A stretch of DNA of 64,000 nucleotides. It comes from Trichinella spiralis (taxonomy: Eukaryota). This document shows positions 41,475 to 53,107 of the stretch, one piece after another. Where the stretch lies: contig NW_003526941.1 of the NCBI RefSeq assembly GCF_000181795.1, forward strand, positions 3,504,520-3,568,519. The letters are read 5' to 3'. The notes beneath the pieces were generated by a model. That model was not told the origin of the DNA. It saw nothing but the letters and a program-made list of their open reading frames with translations, and made no database searches. Within the stretch, counting starts at the first letter, position 1, and each line of letters opens with the position of its first letter. The position numbers were made by a program, and so were the translations under genes.

Positions 41475-42412
41475 GTGACAACAGGCAAACGCAGTGTAGG
41501 CTTGTAGTGTAGTAGCATTTGACAAGAGAAAGAGAGAAAAAGACGTCCAACGTCAGTATTGGGAAAACTGCTAGAAATTTTTCCTCTCCAAATTACGCAC
41601 CTTGTTGACCTTGTTTTGTATGCAAATTTTTACTGATTCGTAACAGTTACTAGATAAAGTGTGTTGCGTGTTTGAATTAAATACGATAAATTTTTTCCCC
41701 TTTTCAAAAAAGCACAAGTGGAAGAATTGAAAATTAAATTGAAAATTGCATATTCAAATCAAAAAAGAAAAAGAAATAGCTCTTGTAAATGAATACGGTA
41801 ATTTTAGAGTACTGTTATTTTTTCTCTTTAGTGTCGGTTGCAGAACTGAAAACCGGTTTTAAGGTAAAAGTGAAAATTTGTCCGCAATTTTCCCCTTTCC
41901 ATTTGTACTGTCGAATGGGACTTTTTCCAATTAGTACGGCGTGTTTTATGCAAATTACAAATGTACAGTGCACTCGAACGCAGGTCCAAATGTTGACTTA
42001 ATTATTTGAATTAAGATCTCAATTCTTGTCACAACAAAACAGAAACAAAATATATCCATATGAATACAAAAATATTCGGTAAAATAAAAAATTTCCATAT
42101 ACATACATTGTTCTCTTTTGTAGATAACGTGTTAAAATTATTCTTATTTTCCATAACTGAAATTCATAATTTATCAATAAAAATATTCATCACTTATTGT
42201 AACTGGCAATTCTCTGTCCAATTTGAAACAAAAATTCGAATAAATTTGTTCAATTCTTAATTTTTCCATTCAACTATAACAAACATGAAGAACATTGATA
42301 TCGAGAATACGCACACCTATTGCAAATCGAAATAATAATACTAGTATAATAATAATAATTAGACAATAATTAGCATATATTTGGCAGTAGAAACGAAAAA
42401 ATGAAGGTTCAT

Positions 42413-44631
42413 CTAAAATCCGTGTTCAGCTTGATAGGTGGAGAATGAATTTTGACCCGCGGACAGTCTGTGGTGCGCAGGCGGCGGCGGCGGCGGAGGA
42501 GGAGGAGGAGGGCGTGGTCGAACATTGCTGCGTGCAATTGGTACCGAAGGATTTGGTGCAACAGATTTGGTGGCAATTTTTTCGAAAGGATCAAATTGAT
42601 TTTGATAACTTCTCTCCGAACTAGCTACCTGGTCGTAAGCGTATTGATGACCAGGTTGTTTGGGATCGAAGTGCTGATTTTCCAAACTACTATAAAATTC
42701 CGACTCATTGAAACTCACATCCCGTTTGTAATCGCCGTCGAAGTCATTTTCAAACGGTTTGTACGAATAAACCGACCGTATGAACGACAACGCCGGAGCA
42801 TACAGAACATTACTCAAGCAGATGATCAAGTTCAAACTGAAAAAACCCAAATTCGCCACAACCGTCCCCGCAACAACAGGACCAATTGCGTATGCTATTG
42901 AATAGCTGATGTCGGCGATCGCGTACACACTACCGTATACAGAGGCGTGGCGCGTGTCGACAAGATATCCTAAAAGTGGTAACAGTGCAGTGTCGACTAG
43001 AGAAATGCCAAAACACAAAATTGACAATGGAATAATCAGGCCGGTGTAAGTTGTAGCAAAGGGGACAATGAAGCAGCTTATTCCTTCCAGGCCGAGTCCA
43101 ACGGCTGCCAAGAGCCACGAAATTTGCGAGTAACGTTTCAACAGCTTCACGGCCACGTAAACACCAAGCACGTGGGGCAAAAATGGAGGAAGCCAGACCA
43201 GACCAATTTGCCACTCGGTCACTGTGGGCATGGTGTCGGTCATCCATTTGGAAATTGTCGGTTCTAGAAATGCCAACGAGACGTTGGCCGTGACCAAAGC
43301 TCCGGCGCATACAGCTATGTAAGGGTCGAGCAGTAGTCGAAATACTGTTGGTCCTTTGATTCGCTCTCCAGTTTCTGCTCTTTGCGTTTTCGGATGAATC
43401 ACCATAAATACCATGAAGCCGTCGAGCAAGCAGACAAAGGAGAGCAGCAGAAATGGTACAGGTTTGCCACAAAATTCGTACAACACCCCACCGAATGGAG
43501 GTGCGACGAGAGATCCGAACGAAATGAACGCCAACGCTATACCAAGAGCTTTGCTTCGTTCGGCTTCTTCAGTGAATCGATTAGCAATCATTGCCAATCC
43601 GGATGTGTCGGCAAAAGCAGAACCAAGACCTCAACAATAAAAAAGTCATCATTTACAAGACAAAAACAGAATAATAATAATAACTAATTTGCTTAATGAT
43701 AACCTCATTGATCATAATTCATTTTTTTGAAATGCAAACAGTACAATTATCTCTTCTACTGTAGAGAATATTGTCAAATTGAACGTTTTTTTCGAATGTT
43801 TAATTTTCCACCGAATAAATTCAAATTCATCGAAGCAATTTAAATACACTTATGCATTATGCTGGTGGTAATGTTGATGAAACAATTCTTTTTTCTCACA
43901 CTATCATCAATATGAATTAAATCATTGAAAGCTTTCAATTGATCTCTCTCTCTCACTTTTCAAAGCGTTTCGATTTTTTCTTTTTCTTTTTTTGCTTCAC
44001 TTTAATGCAATCAACATTCACCTACTGCATTATTATTTAAAAAAATTTGCATAATACTGAAACTGAAAAAATAAAACCAACATTTGTATTATTATTATTA
44101 TTATTATTAGAATAGTTTATCGTGTATTTTTTTACCTTGAAGACTTCTGGCGAAAAAAAGAATGCCGTAGGATTGGCCAAGAGCGAAAATAGCCGTAGAG
44201 CTGAACATGATCACAAGACCAATAATCATGGGAATTTCATAGCCGATGCGGTCAATCAAAGCGCCGCTGAACGGATTGACCAGCAGTTGTATGATAGCTT
44301 TGCTGGCGAACAAATAACCGAGAGATGTATCTTCGGATTCGTATTCTTTAATTTTGTGCAATTTGCTGACAAAATATTCCGTACCATTTTCACTTCCTAC
44401 TGTATCATTGGTGAGCTGGTATGAATATTTCACCTTGTACGCTCCAATTCTGCGCAAATAATCCGGTATTATTGGTACAATGACCATGTAGAGCATGTTG
44501 TCCAACAGCAAAGCTGTTGAAACGATAATCAACACGAGACGTCTTTGCCATTTTTCTTCTTTTATACGACCACGAACTTCTTGGCGAATCTCGTCAAAAT
44601 CTCGGTTCAATATTGGTACAACAAAGCCCAT
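42413..44631 (-). CDS. unc-17: Vesicular acetylcholine transporter (VAChT/SLC18A3), two coding exons (44631-44136, 43629-42413)
   Basis: [11 protein letters not shown] start resembling nematode UNC-17, [64 protein letters not shown] and [13 protein letters not shown]. Confidence 0.96.
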
Positions 44632-45048
44632 TATTTGCAATTCAGTGCTAAAGTTGAGAAAAAGCAAAAAATAATAATAATAACAAGAAGAAGAAGAAGA
44701 AAAAAAATTAATACAATTAGCATATTTAATAGAATAAATAATATTTTTTTCAAATATCACTCGTCATTGGAGAAGGTTGACAAGACAGACAGAGGGGGAG
44801 AGAGAGAGAGAGAAAAGTGAATTTGAGAAAGTCGAATATTTTAAAGCATGGAAATTAGTTATTCATTGACCAGCAAGAAAGCTCCCCCAATCATGTGACA
44901 GAAAACGTGACAATGCTATCACGCATCACGTGACCGTTTCGCTTTGTGCTAAAGAAGAAGAAGAAGCGGCTAACAACGACTAACTGGATATGCAAGCGCT
45001 TTCTCTTATTTGTTGGATTTTTTAAAAATCTTCCTTCATTTTTCATTT

Positions 45049-45058
45049 TCCCATGAGA
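45049..45058. promoter_or_regulatory. COE/EBF (UNC-3-type) motif TCCCATGAGA upstream of the VAChT coding exon
   Basis: Matches TCCCNNGRGA and lies ~420 bp upstream of the VAChT ATG. Function is inferred. Confidence 0.5.
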
Positions 45059-45522
45059 ATTTTTGAATCGAAACTGCAGCCGATGTCATTTTCTCAAAAT
45101 CTCCAAGCGACTTGTCACTTGATAACTGCCACTACTACTGCTGCTATTGGTCATTTGGAATAACTTTCAATTAAATCACTGCAAGCTAACTATTGAGAAC
45201 TATTTTCCCTACTGCACAATAAGCTGAAAAGCAAAGCAAAGGAAAAAATCAACTGAAACACAAAATACAAACAAACTGAATAGTCATCATCATCATCATC
45301 ATCAAAAGCACTGACGATTAAATTATGATTTCTACAACTTATTGTTGCTTGCACTGGATGGATGTTGTTGGAAATTATGAAGAAGCAAATGCCACAATTT
45401 CTGCCACCGCTTTTCCATTGTGCTGTGTCAAAGGATCAATGAATGATGATGATGCGCGCCTTATTAGAGAAACTCCGTCTGCAAGTCAAAATTGAAAACA
45501 CACACACACACACACACGGTGC

Positions 45523-45530
45523 TGACGTCA
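45523..45530. promoter_or_regulatory. Palindromic CRE TGACGTCA with adjacent ATTGG (CCAAT box on the - strand)
   Basis: CTGACGTCAGATTGG at 45522-45536, next to a (CA)n tract at 45498-45517. Confidence 0.4.
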
Positions 45531-46586
45531 GATTGGCCAGTTTTGCTTTCATTGTGCTGCTTTAACAAGCTATTTTAATTGTCCTTTTGCAGATGAAAAT
45601 CATTGCTCAAATTAAAACGTCCGTCACTGTATAATTAACATTCACCGTTTGATTTATTCAAAAAAACCTTTTCCTCATTATCACTTTGAAAATTTGAAAT
45701 AATATAATAAAATAATAACTTCATAGCTGTTCGACAAATAGTTGAAAGATTATGAATAATTAAAAACTTTTCTCCAGTTCAAAAATTAAATACAAATTAC
45801 AATACGAGAAAAAAACTAAATCATGATTGACAATAACTAATTAATGAATTAATTAATTAATTGCAAAATTATGATATTTTTTTTGAAATGCTTCAATTGG
45901 AAATAAACACAAAATCACACTCAACAGTCTACTTTTATTTCAAAATAAAAAATTTTTTTTAATTTAAATTATTAATTAAAATTATTTATTAAATGGATGC
46001 TTAATAATAATTTTGAAAATGCTAATTTTTCACATTGGAAAAAGTAATATACAACTGATCAGTAATTACGGTTTAAATTAATGATATTCAAGTGCTTGAG
46101 TACTCTCGACCTGTGTTACGACATGGGCAAAAAAAAGTAAAACAATTATACTCGAACATGCGCCTGAGAAATAATAATTTATAAAGAAAAAGTACATTTT
46201 CAAAACAATAAATACCGGCTACTCTCTGTCGCGTTTTAATTATTAATCATCTTTGAAATTTGAAACCTAATATGCACAGCTGAACTAATGAATCCACAAA
46301 ATTTTAATATTCGCAGAAAGATTTATTTAGTTTTTTCTTTAAATGAAATTTAAGAAAAAATTTAATTTCACAACGGTATTGTTATTCAATATCAATTTTT
46401 ATTATTTCAATCGAATAACAACTACAATTGTTGTTTAGCTTATTCGGAAGAAATTGCAAAAGATTTTATTATTGAAATAATTGGTTTAAACATTCAGCTA
46501 GAAAACATTAAAATATGTATTATTATTATTTAACATTTAAGATTACAATTAAAATATTTTATAAAATAAAACTCAAAATAATTTAC

Positions 46587-46821
46587 TCGATAGTAGGATG
46601 TCTTCAGTTTCACAGCTGCGCAACGGTGGGTAGTCTATGAGCTTCTTCTGTAGGTTCCAGAAACGACATGGTTCTTTGTTCTTGCAAGTTTGCACTTTTT
46701 TTGTCGAATAATAAAATGGCCAATTTCGATCGATCAATTTCGACGAAAAAAATATGCAAATATTTTCTTATTATCGGATAATCAATTTTGTGCTGTCTTC
46801 TGTCGTACAACGAACACGTCA
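46587..46821 (-). other. Candidate upstream leader exon of the cholinergic locus
   Basis: TTTTATTCAG acceptor ending at 46822, GTAAAT donor at 46586, locally higher GC, and a 19-aa ATG ORF at 46669-46610. Confidence 0.35.
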
Positions 46822-48312
46822 CTGAATAAAAAGCATATATTCCAGACCAGGTCTGTTTTAAATAATTTTTTCTTTTTTATTTTCTCTTGACATATCAATT
46901 TTCACTGACGAAATGGCAAGAAGAAAGGAAAGAAAAAAAGAAAACAGACCTGCAGACGTTGGAGTGAATTGTGAAGAAACCTTTTCAGGGTTTCCTGTGT
47001 GTGAAAAAGTTTCCTCCCGAATAGCGTGATCAAGTGTACATTTGGAAGAACAGGAGCAAAAATTCAAAAACCACAACAACCTGCCGTGCAGTTTTGAAAA
47101 TCAATTTTATTGCTTTTCAAAGCATATAATTTTTGCAAATTTCAGCCAATTTCTTATTTCGCTTCGCTGACAAAATGGCCAATAAAAGCTTCGCCGAAAT
47201 CGATCGAGAAATTTGAATAAAAAACAAATAATATTACAAATATATACATAGATGTGTACACGCAAGTCGGACTGCGTTAATTTCAATGGGAAAAAAAATT
47301 CGCAAATTTGAAAATGTAATAATAATAACTACCACCCAATAAAAACAATCCAATTGAATATTGTGGAACATTTCAAATACACTTCCAATTAACCTACTTT
47401 TTTCAAAAAATTTGAAAAGTTTTTGTGATTCTTTTATACTGTAATTATTCTGATTTATAAGTTAAATTTCCAGAGTTGTTTTTTTACGTTTCAAAAAACA
47501 GGCGCATATTGAAAATTTGAATAATTATATTTTGAGACGTCATACGAATAAATAGATGAAGTATGATAAATTGAAATGAATATTTTTTTTGAAAAAGAGT
47601 AGTTTTTGTTTCACATAAATTTTTTATTTCACGACTGAGTATCAATTTACATTTAGCTGAAGTTGGATTTCCTCATCTTCCCCATCTTGAAATTACGCAT
47701 CAGTTTTAAATGAAAGCAGAAATATTTCCGTTTAAGAGTGAACATGCAAATTATTCTTCGGAAAATATTTCAGTTTAATTGCAAAACTTTTAATAAAATA
47801 CAAATCACAACAACATCGTACAGAGAATTGCCAGTAAAAGAAAAAAAAACAAAAAAAAATACCTTCGTTTTGAGATTAGCAATGGATTTATTAGATTTAT
47901 TTTTAAAAAAATAAAATAAAGATGATGCTGATGTGATTTCAATTTTCAAACCAAGGCGGAAGAATACGGAATACGGCGGCACCGTTGAATGGAGAAAGAC
48001 TTTTCAGATGATGATCAGAAAGCGTTGCGTCATTTTAGCTTGAACAACATGTCAGCTTAATGAGACTACAAATGGCCGGCAATTTATGCATTGAATCAAT
48101 AGGCAGTTTTCAAATTTTCCAAACGAATACGGTAACGAACAAGGCGCCATAATGTTGATTGTGTGGGAATAGGCGGCATCTGTGTGTGTCGGTGTATGCA
48201 TCTTCTTCAGCGGTGGGCAAAGTTGAAGCAAATATCGAATAACCAACAACAGCAGCTCATTACGGATGGCATTTTCACTCGAGGAATGTGTTGGACCATA
48301 ACAAGTTAGCTG

Positions 48313-48361
<49 letters not shown>
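48313..48361. repeat. Compound (TA)n(TG)n microsatellite
   Basis: Direct reading. Confidence 0.95.
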
Positions 48362-50617
48362 AGGAGGATGAAGCTTTGGGCAAGCTGAGCAATGGAAGTT
48401 GGAATAGCAAGATGCAAAAGTTGATTATTAGCCGAGAAACGAAGAAGAAAATTTACGTAGCTCAATCTTTGACAAAATTCCCTTTTTGGCCGGCTCTTCT
48501 GGTCTCAGAGGAGTGTCGTCTTCATGCACGCTAGTCAAATTTCCATTTCGAGCTCAAAATAATATTTCACTTTGGACAAATTTATGCCAACTTGTCCGCG
48601 TCAATATTTCAATGTATAGCAGTTAAATTATGAATAAGTTCCAATGAGATGTGCTTGAAAATTGACTTTTCCATCATCCACAAATCATAAACAGACCAAA
48701 TTGGTTCACAAATTTAAATATCCACCCGTCCTGTTTCTTCTTCTTTTTGCAATAATATTGTCGTCAAATTTGAAAATTCAACGTGAGCTAATTGTAAAAT
48801 TGGACATTTATTGAAAAAAAGCAAATCAAAGCAATCTGAAAATGGTGTCGTGTGAAAATTTCCATCTGAACAAATAATATTCCATTTATGAACAATTAAT
48901 TTTCCATATTCCAAATGATTAATGCGTCCAACATTGGAAACCAACAATACAAAAAATCCATTATCATTGTCAATGATTAGTGGAGAAAAAACCGGTTATG
49001 ATTGCTATTCAGTTGATTTGAAATTTCATCTGGCGTTTCGTGTATTACTTTGGAAAATTGTATAGACGAAAATCTATAATTTGGAATATTGCAAATGGCG
49101 TGCCGATTTAATTTTTCAACTTCAACACTGTAATCTCCGTTTATGAAAATTATTCAATTCAAAAACAACAACAACAATTATTGCTTACAATATCTGAAAT
49201 TTGTATTTCACAATAAAGCAAAAAAAAATCCCCTGCAATTTAATAATATTATTGACTGCAATAAAATTAAATTGAATTTAGTTGATTTTATTCACTTTCT
49301 TTTTTTCAATTCAATTTCAACAGTAAGAACAATAATTTGCATCAACATAAAAAAATTAAAAAGAAAAAAAAACAATTTCCACTCATCTACAATACAACAT
49401 TCATGTAGTGAAATATTTTTCTTTGCTTTTTTGTTGTTATAATTAAAGTTTGAAAAATTAAAACTGCTGCTTCTCCACGTTCAAATAGCTGCTATAACTT
49501 TATGCGCATATTACAAATGAACTAATAAATCCATTTCAATAGTTTTAATTTTTTCAATATTTATTTTTCATCATCAACAATAACAACTGTAACAAAATTA
49601 TTTGTAAACTTTTTTTATTCATACTATTCAGTTTTCTGAATTTTCAATCAAAATTATTCTTCATTTTGATTGTTGTAAAATTTTCAATTTATCAAAAGAT
49701 TCTCTTCACTTTTTTTCGTAAGTAAAAAAAATTAAACAACAAATTAAAATTTTAAATAAACAGGAAATTAGAAGACACTATTGGTGACCCAACTGTCGCC
49801 TGAGCATTATTCTGATCTGACGGTTAGCTTTGGCCAGTGACACTGTGAAGAGAGTTGATTTTGCTGAATAACTTGCATTACACACCCATAAAAAACTTAT
49901 TATCAACTAATCAGCTTCATCTTGAATACTTTCATTATTATGGAAATCACCGATGGCAGCTGCTTGTCAACCTGATGCGCCTTGCTGCTTTGTCGTTGCT
50001 TATGTCATTATGACTAAATGGATGCAAAATGGAAATTTTTTATTCATTACTCATTTACTCGTTCAATGTTACATCAGATTATGGAACTACGCTGTAAATT
50101 AAAATTACGGCTACTGTTAAATTTTGAAATCTATTCCTTAGGATACTTTTAATTCGACGAGGAAATTAGTACAATATGAACTAGCATGAAGCACGCCAGT
50201 TGTACATTTTTATTCTTTCTTGTCGTTCTTATTTTCTACAATTTGAAAACTTACTCTTATTCAGCTTTGTTGAACACCCAAGTGAAAGGAATAAAATAAC
50301 TGCAAACGAGAAATTACGTTAGCTGCATAGTTGTTTATTTTAGCTAGTTGCTCAGATTAAAATTGGTTAAAGAGAACTCCCACCAATAATAATAGAAAAC
50401 AATGAATTTAAGAAATTAAAATATTTCACAAATTAATGCACAATAATTTCGTCATATATTTTGTTATTCATTGTTACATGAATGTTTTTTTCTGATTACT
50501 GTAAATTGTTGAATTGTATTACTGTAAGTAAAAAAAGTATTTTTTGAATCATTTTCATTATTACTTTTTACAACATTCAACAAAATATGAAGTTATAAAT
50601 TTTCAGATTCAAGTAAA

Positions 50618-52213
50618 ATGTACAAAGTTTCACCGTATTATGATAGCAATTTTGAAATCACACCAAGAAATTTTATGTACCACATGCCAAATTTATCAAA
50701 AGTATAAATTAGAATGAGGTTCATTTTTCCAACTAGCATTCTTTGTTTATAGATTGGAAATAATGCACGTGTAAAATTAAGTGGAAAACAAGCTGCTGTG
50801 GAAAATCATTCTCAAACTGAACATCAGATCAGTGACAGTTCTGAGAAAAATGAGCAACAGGATTTGCGTCTCAGTGCTATAAATGAAAAAATACAGTTTG
50901 TCAGGTGTTTCAGAGTTTTCTCTTTTGAAATTTTCTAGTCGTGAATTTATCCTGTTTAGAAATATGGTTGACAAGATGATAAAACTATACGGACTAGATG
51001 TCAGTGCATCTGATAAAAGATTATTCATTTCTTCAGCTGAAGTCAAAAATCCAGAAATAACTATTGAACGAAAGAAAGACACTTCACTGTTTTTTCTGTC
51101 ATATGATAATTCAAAGTTTGTAGATTTTTTTAAAAAGGTTTGTTTTTAACATAATTCACTTTTAAATTTCAACACTGTTCCAGAATTCATCACTTTCATA
51201 ATCTTTAGACTTCTTCAGTGGGCGAAATAATTATACACATACCGGTACTCGTGGACCCTGCAGTTATTTGCGCTTTATATTTAACTCTTGCTTGCCATCC
51301 TGGTGTGACTTTAACGCCGTGCATACACTCTTCTGCCATAAGCAAAAGTATTCCATTTTACGATTTATTTTTATCTTTGCCCCAAAATGCTGAAGGTGAT
51401 ATTCAGATCAAGGTCCGCATGATGTGGATTAATAAGCCAGGTATGTACAACGTTTCTTTGACAAAGTAAATAAATAAATAAGGTTATACGTATTTATTTT
51501 TGCACTTTTGAAGACATTCGTAATGTGAAAAAAATTAAGATTTCGTTACTGAGTTTTAGGCTTAATATTTTTAATAATTCAATTTGATTTTTGATTCAAA
51601 TGACCGTTTAATATTCTGTGACCGCTGTTATTTTCGTTGCCCAACTAGAATATTTCCTTTACCGTACCTTTGAAATGATCAAGTTTTAAATTGACTTTTC
51701 TTTTGTTACTAGCAAGAAATAAGTAAACATGATCACTAGATATTCAACTTTTGATATTTTCAGAGGCAAAATGTTATTTCAATGTTGATGAGATGTATTT
51801 TATTGAGCGAGTTATATTTTCTTTTAGAAAATTTCCCAGTGGTTCAGATTGATTTGAAAAAGCATATTATTTGTGGAGCAGTTGCTGTTCTCAAAGTATT
51901 GGCTGTATTAGCAGGTTTTCATAAAATTTATCATAATCAAGAAAATGCAGAACGTAAAGTGGACTATTGGTGTTGGGCAGCGCTTCGATATAAGAAAGAT
52001 ACGACCAATATTCTCAAAATGTTGAACGCTTCGCTGACAGATGAATGTATCGTTGGAAGCAGACTTTCTTTGGCTGATGTTTTCATGTGGAGTCAACTTT
52101 TCATGGATAACTCGAAACCCAAAACGCTTCATCTAGAAAACATTCAACGTTGGTTCAATAACTGCGCGCGATGTGTTCCGTTCAACAGCGTTGTCGCATT
52201 TTTTAAAAATTGA
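50618..52213 (+). CDS. AIMP2: AIMP2/p38-like multisynthetase scaffold with GST-C domain, multi-exon
   Basis: N-terminus MYKVSPYY...MYHMPNL resembles AIMP2 MYQVKPY...MYRLPN. IHSS motif, and C-terminal GST-like LNASL....IVGSRLSLADVFMWS...NIQRW. Confidence 0.75.
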
Positions 52214-52368
52214 CATTCTTGTCCACCAATAAACTATGTAAAATATTTTTGCTCTTTTTGCTTTTGTCATGAGCTGGGTAATTCGGTCAGCCGAAAATTA
52301 TGTCTCGTTAACCGTTGATTGAAAATTTAAATTTTTTCTCATTCTCAAAAGGTTTTACGAGGAAAAAT

Positions 52369-53067
52369 ATGCCTTTCCTGCGAGGTAGGATGCCGATTCG
52401 CCGAACGTTGTATTATTTGGAAAAGGGTGATATATATTTAAGAGAAGAAGTAAAAATATTTACCATTGGCTTTAATCCTGTTAAAAAGAACAGCGAAGGT
52501 GCAAAGTAAGTTTTGAAGTGGAATTTTATAATTCAATTTTAAACACTTCATTTTCAGGTTCTTCACTTTTTGGCATTGGGCTCAACTTCAGTATAAAAAT
52601 CCTTACGTACAATTTCTTAAACTACGGTTGACAACACCACTTCCGTTTGTTCAAGCTTTCTTAAGTAACTTTATACATAATGGATAAATAAAATGCGTTG
52701 GATAAATTATAACAATCAAAAAAAAATATATGTATGCATACTTAGAAAGCGGAGAAGAAGTGTTGATGGATATAGATGGTTACACTGCTGAAGAGGTGCG
52801 AAGCCGAATAGTGGCGATTTTGGGCAAAACTGAGTAGTTGAAAAATAATGAATATTTATTGCATAAGTTTGTTATTGTATTTTTTTCAGAAAATTATTGC
52901 AATACGAACGGTTAACCCAAGCTAAATTAGACAACCCTGCTCAGTTTGGCGAAAAAAGTGCCCGACAGTGCATTTGTGAAATACAGGGACAAAGGCCATG
53001 CTCCGGTTTGATACCTGTACCGGAGTATTTATCCGGACGTTGGCGATGGAACAAAAATTTATCATAG
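52369..53067 (+). CDS. MRPS25: Mitochondrial ribosomal protein S25, four exons
   Basis: MPFLRGRMPIRRTLYYLEKG, FWHWAQLQYKNPYVQ, ILGKT and DNPAQFG....RQCICEIQGQRPC. Stop TAG at 53065-53067. Confidence 0.93.
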
Positions 53068-53107
53068 AAAATAAAGAAAAATAAAATACTGATTGTACAT
53101 TATTATT

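Noticed and set aside
42452..43687. Poly-Arg ORF and other overlapping ORFs across VAChT
   Set aside because: Shadow frames of the GC-richer VAChT exon and its polyproline repeat.
5746..44631. Apparent cluster of endomembrane transporter and trafficking genes (ZnT, Golgin-45, MFSD5, NHE, SLC17, caveolin, VAChT)
   Set aside because: Mixed orientations, unrelated genes interspersed, and transporters are common. No evidence of co-regulation.
40900..47100. Long complementary elements flanking VAChT, like those that regulate unc-17/cha-1 splicing in C. elegans
   Set aside because: By eye I found only 9-12 nt matches (e.g. ATTGGAAAAAGT at ~46034 versus ~41920; GACGTTGGA at ~46954 versus ~41546), which is compatible with chance. 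An einverted or IntaRNA run is needed.
47770..49442. ORFs of 70-137 aa upstream of the cholinergic locus
   Set aside because: Driven by microsatellite and AT-rich sequence; no domain-like content.
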